This document shows positions 39,529 through 48,916 of a stretch of 64,000 nucleotides of DNA, piece by piece. Numbering within the stretch: the stretch's first letter is position 1; the number at the start of each line of letters is the position of its first letter. Under the pieces are notes generated by a model, which saw only the letters and a list, made by a program, of their open reading frames with translations, had not been told where the DNA came from and did not search any database. The stretch comes from an uncultured Gammaproteobacteria bacterium (GTDB lineage Bacteria; Patescibacteriota; Microgenomatia; Levybacterales; UBA12049). The stretch is from the NCBI GenBank assembly GCA_964474445.1, contig CAYYSJ010000001.1:142530-206529 (forward strand). The letters are read 5' to 3'. The translations under genes were made by a program, and so were the position numbers.

Positions 39529-40335
39529 ATGATCTATCAAGAGTTTCTCGCTCATGTGCTTAAGAAAGCATCAACCATTGCCACTGGACAATTTGGAAAA
39601 GTATCGTCAATTGAAAAAACAGGAGACAATAACCAAGTTCTTACCCACACAGATTTGGAAGTAGGAAAGCTGCTTGTTTCTTCTGTCCAAGAGAAATTTC
39701 CAACCCACAATATTATTGATGAAGAAGCAGGAGTTATTGATAATAATTCTTCTTTTACCTGGGTTATTGATCCAATTGACGGAACAAGTAATTTTGCAAA
39801 TGGTCTGCCAACCTATGGCATTATGATTGGCCTTTTAGAGCATGCTACTCCAATTGCAGGGGGTATTGCATTACCAGCTTTTAACCAAATATATACCGCG
39901 GAGAAGGGTTTTGGAACATGGATTGATGGGAAGAAAGTTACCGTGACACAAGAGACACAACTCTTAAAAACTCTTGTTGCCTACGGTATTGATGGCCATC
40001 AGGAAAATCCGTCTCTTACATATAATGAATCAAAAATCATTGCAGAAATTGTTTTGCATATTCGTAATTTGCGTAGTAGTAATAGCGCGTTTGATATAAT
40101 CCAAGTAGCCACCGGTAGATACGGAGGTTCCCTTGCCCAATCAAGTAAAATCTGGGACAACGTTGCTCCTCATATCATTATTGAAGAAGCAGGAGGAGTC
40201 TATACAGACTTTTTTGGCAAGCCAATGGATTATTCGAACCCATTAGCAAAAGTCCATGACAACTTTACCCTCTGTGCTGCTTCTCCCACTCTTCAAAAGC
40301 AACTCCAAAAAATAGTTATCTCAACAAATAAATAA
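39529..40335 (+). CDS. inositol monophosphatase family protein (copy 1)
   Basis: Motifs IDEEAG...WVIDPIDGTSNF and the C-terminal WD..A motif. Confidence 0.7.
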   Translation: MIYQEFLAHVLKKASTIATGQFGKVSSIEKTGDNNQVLTHTDLEVGKLLVSSVQEKFPTHNIIDEEAGVIDNNSSFTWVIDPIDGTSNFANGLPTYGIMIGLLEHATPIAGGIALPAFNQIYTAEKGFGTWIDGKKVTVTQETQLLKTLVAYGIDGHQENPSLTYNESKIIAEIVLHIRNLRSSNSAFDIIQVATGRYGGSLAQSSKIWDNVAPHIIIEEAGGVYTDFFGKPMDYSNPLAKVHDNFTLCAASPTLQKQLQKIVISTNK

Positions 40336-40386
40336 CCCTCTTGTAACACCAATAAATATCATCTATTTTTATAGTAATCTTAGAAT

Positions 40387-41319
40387 ATGAAATCTTTTCC
40401 ATTTTCAAAACATAAAGTTCCAGTCACTCACAGTACATACGATGTAAAGGAAATGCTTCACCAATACAAAGATTACTATTTTTGTCTTTATTTAGCTTAT
40501 AAAGATGCCTCAGAATGGGATATTTCAACAAGTCGAACATATATGAATCAGGTTCTACCAAACCTTATCTATTTGCCTGTTAATATAAAGAAAGAAAATT
40601 CAGAGGAACTTAGAAAGATGTATCAGCTTGCAGAAGAATCTGCACAAATAGTTGCAATTAACCAAACTAAACCTCATAAAAGCAACATTGCACTAAAAGA
40701 TTTTTTTGCTCATTCAGAAAATATGCCAACAAATGTTGATGCTATGGTTAAAAATGCAAAGGGGAAATTAATATTGTATGATCTCAATGGTCCATCCTTC
40801 TGTAATTGGTATATAGATGAAGTTGGAAGCTTTACAAATAAAGTAGTGATTTTGGTTGGAGTAGGAGGTGTGGGCGAGCCTATTGCAAGAAAAATTGTTA
40901 ACTATCAACCGTCTATTCTGTATTTAGTTAACCCTTCACCCAAAGAACAATTACAAAAAGAATTATCAGAGAGCGGAAATGTTATTTACTCGCCGAGCGT
41001 AGCTAATATTATGAATGTCCAGATAGAAGGCGAAATCGTTCTTATTAATGCTGCTGGCAAAGAGGGCACAAAAGATGAAGGTGGAGTAAAACCTCTTCTA
41101 GAGAAATATCAAAATAAGCTGTACGTATTTGTTGACCTAAGACCCCATCTAAACATAGATATCGTAAAAATAGCTGAACAACTTGGATGGCAAAGCTATA
41201 CTGGTTACGGAATGAATGCATGGAACGACTATACACTCCTTAAAAAAATTGCTGAAGCTGTGAATAGCCCTATTCCATCTTTTGAAGAGTTTAAAAGGTT
41301 AGTAAAGCAAGCATCGTAA
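40387..41319 (+). CDS. shikimate/quinate dehydrogenase family-like protein
   Basis: Substrate-domain motif NQTKPHK (compare AroE NVTxPxK) and Rossmann motif VVILVGVGGVGEPIARK. Moderate confidence. Confidence 0.4.
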   Translation: MKSFPFSKHKVPVTHSTYDVKEMLHQYKDYYFCLYLAYKDASEWDISTSRTYMNQVLPNLIYLPVNIKKENSEELRKMYQLAEESAQIVAINQTKPHKSNIALKDFFAHSENMPTNVDAMVKNAKGKLILYDLNGPSFCNWYIDEVGSFTNKVVILVGVGGVGEPIARKIVNYQPSILYLVNPSPKEQLQKELSESGNVIYSPSVANIMNVQIEGEIVLINAAGKEGTKDEGGVKPLLEKYQNKLYVFVDLRPHLNIDIVKIAEQLGWQSYTGYGMNAWNDYTLLKKIAEAVNSPIPSFEEFKRLVKQAS

Positions 41320-41328
41320 TTACTGTTG

Positions 41329-42096
41329 TCATGACTTTTTATATATAGAATAAGAATAGATAAAAGGATACTCACCGCGCTTGCTAGGTTGAGCGTCTGC
41401 TACAATAAGCATATCAGCTTTTTCAGCATTGGGAATAGTATAAGGATAGTATTGTGATTCAAGCCTGAAGTCAAAACTTTGTCTTATTTTTTCTGAGTCA
41501 CCACCATTTCTTTTTGCCATGTCTCTTACAACTCGATTTTCTCTTCTGACATCTGTTGGAACATGAAAATAAATTTGCACATCAACGTTTTCAATAGGTT
41601 GGAAATCTCCTTCAATAATAAAAAAATGGAGGTTAGGTTTGATGGTATGGGGAAAATTTGTTTCACCTACAACTACTGCATCTCCTGTTGCTTCATCATA
41701 GACAGGAGCCTTTACTGACTTTCCTTCTCGCACCTCATCAACAAGTTTATTTAACAATACCCAATCTTTTGCTGTCCATGGATTTATTTTGCCTTCCGCA
41801 ATAAGCCTATTTCTTTCCTCTCTTGTATAAAGCCCAAAGTCATCTGTGCTTATGTAATCTGCAGTATGTCCATTCCTCTCTAATCTATCAATGAGGTGTT
41901 CTCTTAATGTGGATTTCCCTGCACCCGGACCAGCAGTCAGAGTAACGATAACTGCCTTACCTTGAAAGTGACTCTCTAGTTTCTTTACTAACTCACTCAC
42001 CAACTGGATGTCATTTAATCGAGTAAAAAATGGAAGGAACCTCTTTTCACTAATTAACTTTTTAATAGTTTGCTCATCTCGTACATGATTATCCAT
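41329..42096 (-). CDS. P-loop kinase, uridine kinase / phosphoribulokinase family
   Basis: Walker A LTAGPGAGKSTL; overall PRK/Udk-like layout. Confidence 0.5.
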   Translation of the reverse strand: MDNHVRDEQTIKKLISEKRFLPFFTRLNDIQLVSELVKKLESHFQGKAVIVTLTAGPGAGKSTLREHLIDRLERNGHTADYISTDDFGLYTREERNRLIAEGKINPWTAKDWVLLNKLVDEVREGKSVKAPVYDEATGDAVVVGETNFPHTIKPNLHFFIIEGDFQPIENVDVQIYFHVPTDVRRENRVVRDMAKRNGGDSEKIRQSFDFRLESQYYPYTIPNAEKADMLIVADAQPSKRGEYPFIYSYSIYKKS

Positions 42097-42305
42097 ATTT
42101 AATGTAACACTATTTGCAATAGTAAAACCTATGATACTAACTAATAGTATTTATACTAAAACCCTATCTTATCTTCTAAAAAATTTCAAGCACACTTTTT
42201 TCTACAGGATTATTTTCCTGACAAAAATCTAACAAAATAGCTTTAAATTACTTACCTACTATTGACAAAATAAAAGGGCAAGATTAGACTTTACTTCATA
42301 TTCTT

Positions 42306-44123
42306 ATGGACAGTAAACTGCAAGAAAAGCTCTCTCAAGCTCTGCAAGAAAAAAAGCTCAATAAAACTGCGTATGAGGAAATAGTCAAATGGCTTACAGA
42401 AGAAGAATTTGCTGAATTTATTCCTGAACTCTCCGAAAAAATCACAAGAGAAGAATGGGAAACATTAATGGATGAATTTTATCGTGTAGTTATTTTTGGT
42501 ACTGGCGGTATTCGTGGAACAATGAATTTGGGGACCAACAGAATTAATAACTATACAGTGAGATGGGCCTCTCAAGCATATGCTCAATATCTTTTGAAAT
42601 ATAAAAAAGACATCGTTAAGCAAGGTGTTGCAATTGCTTATGATAGTCGTCACCATTCAGAAGAATTCATGAAAGAAACAGCAAGAGTTTTGGCTGCAAA
42701 TGGTGTTCCTGTTTGGGTTTTTAAATACTTCAGAGCAACTCCGGAACTTTCTTTTACTGTTAGATATTTGCATTGCGCGGGTGGAATTGTCCTGACTGCA
42801 AGTCATAACCCTCCAGAGTTTAACGGATATAAAGTCTATGATGAAAATGGTGTACAAGTAATGCCTGAAATAGGATTACAAATAGAAGCAGAATTTAAGA
42901 GTGTCACGAACATCAAAAAGATGCCTTTTGATGAGGCTGTAGAGAAAGGGCTTGTTAAATATATTAGTGATGATGTTGATAAGGCTTTTGCAGAGTCAGC
43001 AAAGAAAGTTTCTGTATATACAGGCCGCGATGTAAAAATAGTGTATTCCCCTCTTCATGGTGTTGGTTCTCAATCAATATTGCCGGTGTTGAAAGAAATT
43101 GGGTTTAAAGATATTGAATTAGTTGAAAGCCAAATGTCTTTGGATGGAGACTTTCCAAATGTAGAAGGTCACTTTCCTAATCCAGAATTTGCAATAAATT
43201 ATAAACAAGCTATTGAACTAGCACAAAAAACCAATGCAGACATTGTTATTGTTAGCGACCCTGATGCAGATAGAATGGGAATGGCAGTACCAGATAAAAA
43301 CGCTACATGGACCCCCCTAAATGGAAATCAAAGTGCTGCTCTATTGGGATATTTTTATATGAATGCTTTGCATGAACAAGGAAAAATGCCCAAAAATCCA
43401 GTAGTTATTAAAACTTCTGTAACAACTGATTTAATTAGAGATATCGCAGAAGGATTTGGCGCAGAATGTATCAGCGATTTGTTAGTAGGGTTTAAATTTA
43501 TTGGAGATAGAATGCAGCACTTACCCCCTACCAAACACTTCATTTTTGCAGGAGAAGAAAGTATGGGCACACTTTTCAGTAATGATTATCGAGACAAAGG
43601 TGCAGAAACACCTTCTGTTGTGGCAGCAGAAATGACAGCATGGTGCAAAGCCAATAACCTGACACCAATGGATTTACTCGAATCCATCTATCAAAAGTAT
43701 GGGTATTATGCAGAAATACTCTATTATCGTCTCATTGAAGGTTTTGGAGCCTTTGATCAAATGAATTTAGCAATGGTTGAGCTTAGAAAAAATCTTCCAA
43801 AAGAAATTGCGGGAAGAAAAGTTGTGAAAACTATCGATAGACTAACCGGTGAGGTACGAAATGGAGAAACAGGTAAACTCCTTGAAACACGAGATTGGGA
43901 TAAAGGAGATATGCTCTCTTTCTTTTTCTCAAAAGATGAACGAAATGTTATCCATGTTAGACCATCTGGGACAGAACCAAAAATGAAATACTATACAGCA
44001 ATTAAAGGAAATCTTTCTGAAAAAACGAAAGAACAAATTAATGAAGAGGCAAAAGAAATCGAACAAGCAATGGCGAAAACCTTTGAAGATATACTTGCAA
44101 CAATTAAAGTAGACGTTTTCTAA
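42306..44123 (+). CDS. alpha-D-phosphohexomutase (phosphoglucomutase/phosphomannomutase family)
   Basis: Active-site TASHNPPEFNGYK, metal loop DPDADR, sugar-binding GEESMG. Confidence 0.8.
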   Translation: MDSKLQEKLSQALQEKKLNKTAYEEIVKWLTEEEFAEFIPELSEKITREEWETLMDEFYRVVIFGTGGIRGTMNLGTNRINNYTVRWASQAYAQYLLKYKKDIVKQGVAIAYDSRHHSEEFMKETARVLAANGVPVWVFKYFRATPELSFTVRYLHCAGGIVLTASHNPPEFNGYKVYDENGVQVMPEIGLQIEAEFKSVTNIKKMPFDEAVEKGLVKYISDDVDKAFAESAKKVSVYTGRDVKIVYSPLHGVGSQSILPVLKEIGFKDIELVESQMSLDGDFPNVEGHFPNPEFAINYKQAIELAQKTNADIVIVSDPDADRMGMAVPDKNATWTPLNGNQSAALLGYFYMNALHEQGKMPKNPVVIKTSVTTDLIRDIAEGFGAECISDLLVGFKFIGDRMQHLPPTKHFIFAGEESMGTLFSNDYRDKGAETPSVVAAEMTAWCKANNLTPMDLLESIYQKYGYYAEILYYRLIEGFGAFDQMNLAMVELRKNLPKEIAGRKVVKTIDRLTGEVRNGETGKLLETRDWDKGDMLSFFFSKDERNVIHVRPSGTEPKMKYYTAIKGNLSEKTKEQINEEAKEIEQAMAKTFEDILATIKVDVF

Positions 44124-44129
44124 TCATTT

Positions 44130-44915
44130 ATGGACCTCTCACAACAAGAACTACAATCTTTAGAAGAGAAAGTTTCTCATGCTATTTTGCCTTTGGGAAA
44201 AGATTTGCTTACCGTATGGCAAACGACAAAGAAGGTCTCTTATAAAACACGCTTTGAACCTGTAACACAATACGATCCCCTTATTGAAGAAAAATTAAGA
44301 CAACAGCTGAGAGAGATATTGCCAAGGGCAGGTTTTATTGTTGAAGAGGGAGAAAGCACAGAACAAAAAGATTATATGTGGACAATAGATCCAATTGATG
44401 GAACCAATAATTTTAAAGGTCAAATTCCCCTTTTCTATATCCAAGTAGCACTTTGTTATAAATCCGAACCTATTCTTGGAGCTATATATAACCCAGTTAC
44501 AGATCAACTTTTCTCAGCAAGTAAGGGAAATGGAGCCAAAATCAATGGAGAAACAATAACACATCAAACAGTTGAAATGTTAGAAAAAGCATTTATAGAC
44601 ATGGATTTTGGCGCCCATAATAATGGGTTATATTGGAAATTGCCAATTTTTAAAGTTTTATGTGAAAACTGCAATCGACTGAGATCATCAGGCGGTGGAT
44701 TTAGCCCTTATATTGCATTTGGAGGCATTGATGCATTTGTTGTTCTAAACGAAAGAACCAAGCTTGTCGATCAGATGCCACGTATTATTTGGATGAAAGA
44801 GTTAGGCCTTACTGTAGAACAATTTGAGATAAGAGGACATAAAGTCACTTTGGCTACTAACCATACTCTCTTTCCAAAAATAAAGTCATTTATTGTCTCA
44901 GCAATAGAAAAATAA
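44130..44915 (+). CDS. inositol monophosphatase family protein (copy 2)
   Basis: Motifs VEEGES...WTIDPIDGTNNF. Confidence 0.65.
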   Translation: MDLSQQELQSLEEKVSHAILPLGKDLLTVWQTTKKVSYKTRFEPVTQYDPLIEEKLRQQLREILPRAGFIVEEGESTEQKDYMWTIDPIDGTNNFKGQIPLFYIQVALCYKSEPILGAIYNPVTDQLFSASKGNGAKINGETITHQTVEMLEKAFIDMDFGAHNNGLYWKLPIFKVLCENCNRLRSSGGGFSPYIAFGGIDAFVVLNERTKLVDQMPRIIWMKELGLTVEQFEIRGHKVTLATNHTLFPKIKSFIVSAIEK

Positions 44916-44987
44916 TTTGTCTTCTTTTTGTCAGGGAAAATGACTTGTAAGAAGAGATCTCGAGTGCTAGTATAAGTAAATATTCGT

Positions 44988-45431
44988 ATGGTTGACTTAT
45001 CTAAATTTGATACATCTACATTTAATAACTCTCCTTATGTAAAACGTGTTGAGAAGCCTTGGGGATATGAACTGCATTGGGTTCCAGAAGATGCTCCATA
45101 TATGGGAAAAGTTATTCATATCAATGCCGGTAAAAGACTTTCCCTTCAGGTTCATGATCAAAAATCTGAAAGCTGGTTTATTATGAAAGGACATGGAAAA
45201 GTTACCTGGGAAGATAAGGATGGTAATATGATTGAAACAGAACTTGAACCAGGATATGGGTATACAACTCATGTTGGTCAAAAACATCGGCTTATCGGTA
45301 TTACAGATTGCGATATTTTAGAAGTGTCTACTCCTGAAATTGGAACAACATGGAGGATTGAGGACGATTATAAAAGGCCAGATGAGACAGAAGAACTGAG
45401 AAAACAACCCAATAGAGGGTGGAATGAATAA
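44988..45431 (+). CDS. cupin domain protein (mannose-6-phosphate isomerase type II-like)
   Basis: Cupin motifs KPWGYELHW...H...E / G..H (KPWGYE, LQVHDQKSE, GYGYTTHVGQKHRL). Confidence 0.5.
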   Translation: MVDLSKFDTSTFNNSPYVKRVEKPWGYELHWVPEDAPYMGKVIHINAGKRLSLQVHDQKSESWFIMKGHGKVTWEDKDGNMIETELEPGYGYTTHVGQKHRLIGITDCDILEVSTPEIGTTWRIEDDYKRPDETEELRKQPNRGWNE

Positions 45432-45467
45432 GTTTACTATTCCTTTCATTCACTTGAGTAATAAAAA

Positions 45468-46511
45468 ATGAAGGACTTAACAAATCTTGAAGCAATTAAA
45501 AAAATAGACCCTGCGGATACAGTACAGACAACTACTCTTGCCAACGAACAAGCAAAAGCAGCGTGGGAGCAAGTCAAAGCACTCCCAATTGAACCTCTTC
45601 AAGGAAAAGTAAAGTCAGTGGTATTTTGCGGAATGGGTGCATCAATTTACGGAGCACTTGTCCTTAAGGCTTTAAAAGGAGAAACCCTCCCCTTTCCTAT
45701 TGAAATAGTTACAGACTACCACATTCCCTCCTATGTTGATAAGGATACCTTAGTTGTGTTGACGAGTTATTCCGGTACCACAGAGGAAGTTCTCTCTTGT
45801 GCCCAAGAAGCAAAAGAAAAAGGAGCACATATGCTTGTTTTAACAAAAGGAGGACCACTGGCTGATTTTGCTCGGGAAAACAACGTTCCTGCCTATATTT
45901 TTGATGGAAAACTCAATCTCTCTTCCACTCCCCGACTCGGCAACGGATATACAGTGATTGGCTTACTTGGATTGTTTAATAAGCTTGGGATTATTTCTAT
46001 TGATGACAAGGAAATGACAGATGCATTTGCCTATTTAGACACACAGCTTGAAGATATTCGAAGCAAAGCAATGAAAGAATCAGAAATTTTTGAAGGAAGA
46101 ATACCAATTATTATTGCTGCAGAACACTTGTCTGGTAATGCACAAATTTTAAGAAATCAATTTAACGAAACTTCGAAAGCGTTTTCTGCATATTATTTAG
46201 TGCCAGATCTCAACCATCATTTAATGGAGGGACTACAATTCCCAAAAGATTCTAACCTCTATTTTTTGGTACTCAATTCACATCACTATAGTCCAAAAAT
46301 TCAAAGAAGAATGGAGTTAACCATTGACGTGATTAAACAAAATGGCCATGATGTCCTCACTTCATTCCCAAAAGGCAAAAATAAATACGAAGAATTTCTT
46401 GAAACACTCACGTACGGCAGCTGGCTTACTCTTTATTTAGGCCTTCGCTACGACCAAAATCCTGCCATTAACCCCTGGGTCGACTATTTCAAAAAAGAGC
46501 TTGCTAAATAA
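45468..46511 (+). CDS. bifunctional phosphoglucose/phosphomannose isomerase (SIS domain, archaeal type)
   Basis: SIS core VVFCGMGASIYGA...LTSYSGTTEE; size and C-terminal region fit the PGI/PMI family. Confidence 0.55.
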   Translation: MKDLTNLEAIKKIDPADTVQTTTLANEQAKAAWEQVKALPIEPLQGKVKSVVFCGMGASIYGALVLKALKGETLPFPIEIVTDYHIPSYVDKDTLVVLTSYSGTTEEVLSCAQEAKEKGAHMLVLTKGGPLADFARENNVPAYIFDGKLNLSSTPRLGNGYTVIGLLGLFNKLGIISIDDKEMTDAFAYLDTQLEDIRSKAMKESEIFEGRIPIIIAAEHLSGNAQILRNQFNETSKAFSAYYLVPDLNHHLMEGLQFPKDSNLYFLVLNSHHYSPKIQRRMELTIDVIKQNGHDVLTSFPKGKNKYEEFLETLTYGSWLTLYLGLRYDQNPAINPWVDYFKKELAK

Positions 46512-46593
46512 CTCTCCACAGTAAGTCGTGAGTTCGTCAATTGTAAGCACTATCACTTGCAAGTTATATTGCTTACTGATAACCTGATAATAT

Positions 46594-48855
46594 ATGGCCA
46601 AAAAACTGCTCGTTTGGTTTGAGGATGTTGATAAAGAAGATATTGCTTTGGTTGGTGGAAAAGGTGCAAATTTGGGTGAAATGACCAAAGTCGGATTTCC
46701 TGTCCCTCCTGGATTTATTGTTACTTCCACTGCATACCGCGAATTTATTAAAGAAAACAATTTAGAAATAAAGATTAGACACCTGCTAGGATCTTTAGAT
46801 TACAACGATACAAAGTCACTGGAAAAAGCTTCCCGTCTTATTAAAAAAACCATTGAAAAAGGGAAATTATCTGAGGAGCTTATTCAACAAATTTTTAAAG
46901 CATACTTTTCTTTGGGTGGCTTACTCAAGAATCCCTTTGTTGCTGTTCGGTCTTCTGCAACTGCTGAAGATTTGCCAAATGCGTCGTTTGCTGGACAACA
47001 AGAAACATTCCTTAATGTTCAAGGTGAAGCAAACCTTATTATCAAAGTAAAAGAAGTATGGGCCTCTCTGTTTGACCAACGAGCAATTTTTTATCGATAC
47101 GAACAACATTTTGACCATTTTAACGTCGCTATTGCTGTTCCTGTTCAGAAAATGGTTGAGGCAGAACAATCAGGGATTATGTTTTCCATTGATCCAGTGA
47201 CCAATGATAAATCAAAAATTATTATTGAAGGAATTTATGGTCTTGGAGAATATATTGTCGGAGGGAAAGTAACACCTGATCATTATGAAGTTGATAAACA
47301 AAGCCTTAACATAACAAAAAAGCAACTTACTGTACAAAAAATCATGCTTACAAAAAAAGATTCAGAAAACAAAGAAATCAAAGTCCCTACTGCAAAACAA
47401 CACGTGCAAAAAATTTCCGATGCTCACATTAAACAATTAGCAGAACTTAGTAAAAAGCTTGAGTACCATTATTATTTTCCCCAAGATTCGGAATGGGCAA
47501 TTACAGATGGAAAAGTATATTTAGTCCAAACTCGTCCAATCACAACAGTCAGTGCAATTGATAAGAAAAGTGAAGAAGCTCATGCAACAATTCATCTAGA
47601 AGTTTTATTAACAGGTGATCCTGCAAGCCCTGGTATTGCAACAGGTCCAGTAAAGATTCTTCAGAGCGCAAAAGATATTGATAAGATTGTTCCAGGTGAT
47701 GTACTGGTTGCAGATCAGACCAATCCTGATTTTGTCTCTGCCATGAAAAGAGCAGTTGCTATTGTCACGAACCAAGGCGGTCGTACCTCCCATGCAGCAA
47801 TTGTGAGCAGAGAAATTGGTGTCCCTGCAGTTGTTGGAACACAAACCGCAACACACATCCTAAAGGACCATGAACTAATAACAGTCAACGGACTTACGGG
47901 GAAAATTTATCGGGGCGGGCATATTGGACATGTTGATGAACACTATGCTCCAACAAAAGCATTTGTTCCAACTGCAACAAAAGTTTATGTGAATTTAGCA
48001 GAGCCCGAATTGGCAGAAAAAGTTGCACTAAGACAGGTTGACGGTGTTGGCCTTCTTCGGGCAGAGTTTATGATGGCAGGTATTGGAACACATCCCAAAA
48101 AATTGATACATGAAGGAAAATCCCATCTTTTTGTTGAGAAAATGGCAGAAGGAATCGCAACATTTTGTCGCACCTTTTCTCCCCGCCCCGTTGTCTATAG
48201 AGCATCTGATTTTAAGACAAATGAATATAGAGAATTAGTTGGAGGAAAAGCATATGAGCCAGTTGAACCAAACCCAATGCTTGGATATCGAGGAGCGTAT
48301 CGATACATTCACAATGAAGAAGTCTTCCAACTGGAACTTGAAGCGATAAAAATGGTCAGGAATAAAATGGGGCTGAAAAATGTATGGCTGATGCTTCCTT
48401 TTGTCCGAACGGTTGATGAATTAGTTTCGGTTAAAAAAATCCTTTCTGCCAACGGCATCTATCGCTCCCCATCATTTAAATTATGGATGATGTGTGAAGT
48501 ACCATCAAATGTGATTCTTTTGGAAAGGTATATTGAAGAAGGAATTGACGGCGTTTCTATCGGAAGTAATGATCTTACAATGCTTATTCTTGGGACAGAT
48601 AGAGACAATAGTGACGTAGCTTCTGTATTTAACGAACAAGATCCGGCAGTCCTGTGGGCACTTGAACACGTGATACGAACGTGTCACAAATACAAAATAC
48701 CATCATCTCTTTGTGGACAAGCAGCCTCTGTGTATCCTTCTCTTTTAGAAAAATTGGTGAAGTGGGGAATAACAAGTATCTCTGTTAGCCCTGACGCGCT
48801 AGACCGGACACGAGAAGAAATAGCACGAGTAGAAAAAGAAATGATTTCCAAATGA
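46594..48855 (+). CDS. ppsA: phosphoenolpyruvate synthase / pyruvate, water dikinase
   Basis: N-terminal ATP-grasp (ALVGGKGANLGEM), central phosphohistidine domain (TNQGGRTSHAAIVSREIGVPAVVG) and C-terminal PEP-utilising TIM barrel; 753 aa. Confidence 0.8.
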   Translation: MAKKLLVWFEDVDKEDIALVGGKGANLGEMTKVGFPVPPGFIVTSTAYREFIKENNLEIKIRHLLGSLDYNDTKSLEKASRLIKKTIEKGKLSEELIQQIFKAYFSLGGLLKNPFVAVRSSATAEDLPNASFAGQQETFLNVQGEANLIIKVKEVWASLFDQRAIFYRYEQHFDHFNVAIAVPVQKMVEAEQSGIMFSIDPVTNDKSKIIIEGIYGLGEYIVGGKVTPDHYEVDKQSLNITKKQLTVQKIMLTKKDSENKEIKVPTAKQHVQKISDAHIKQLAELSKKLEYHYYFPQDSEWAITDGKVYLVQTRPITTVSAIDKKSEEAHATIHLEVLLTGDPASPGIATGPVKILQSAKDIDKIVPGDVLVADQTNPDFVSAMKRAVAIVTNQGGRTSHAAIVSREIGVPAVVGTQTATHILKDHELITVNGLTGKIYRGGHIGHVDEHYAPTKAFVPTATKVYVNLAEPELAEKVALRQVDGVGLLRAEFMMAGIGTHPKKLIHEGKSHLFVEKMAEGIATFCRTFSPRPVVYRASDFKTNEYRELVGGKAYEPVEPNPMLGYRGAYRYIHNEEVFQLELEAIKMVRNKMGLKNVWLMLPFVRTVDELVSVKKILSANGIYRSPSFKLWMMCEVPSNVILLERYIEEGIDGVSIGSNDLTMLILGTDRDNSDVASVFNEQDPAVLWALEHVIRTCHKYKIPSSLCGQAASVYPSLLEKLVKWGITSISVSPDALDRTREEIARVEKEMISK

Positions 48856-48916
48856 ATGGAAGTGTACCGAAATTTCCAATCATGACTCATCAAAGTCTAC
48901 TGATTCTATCGAATGT

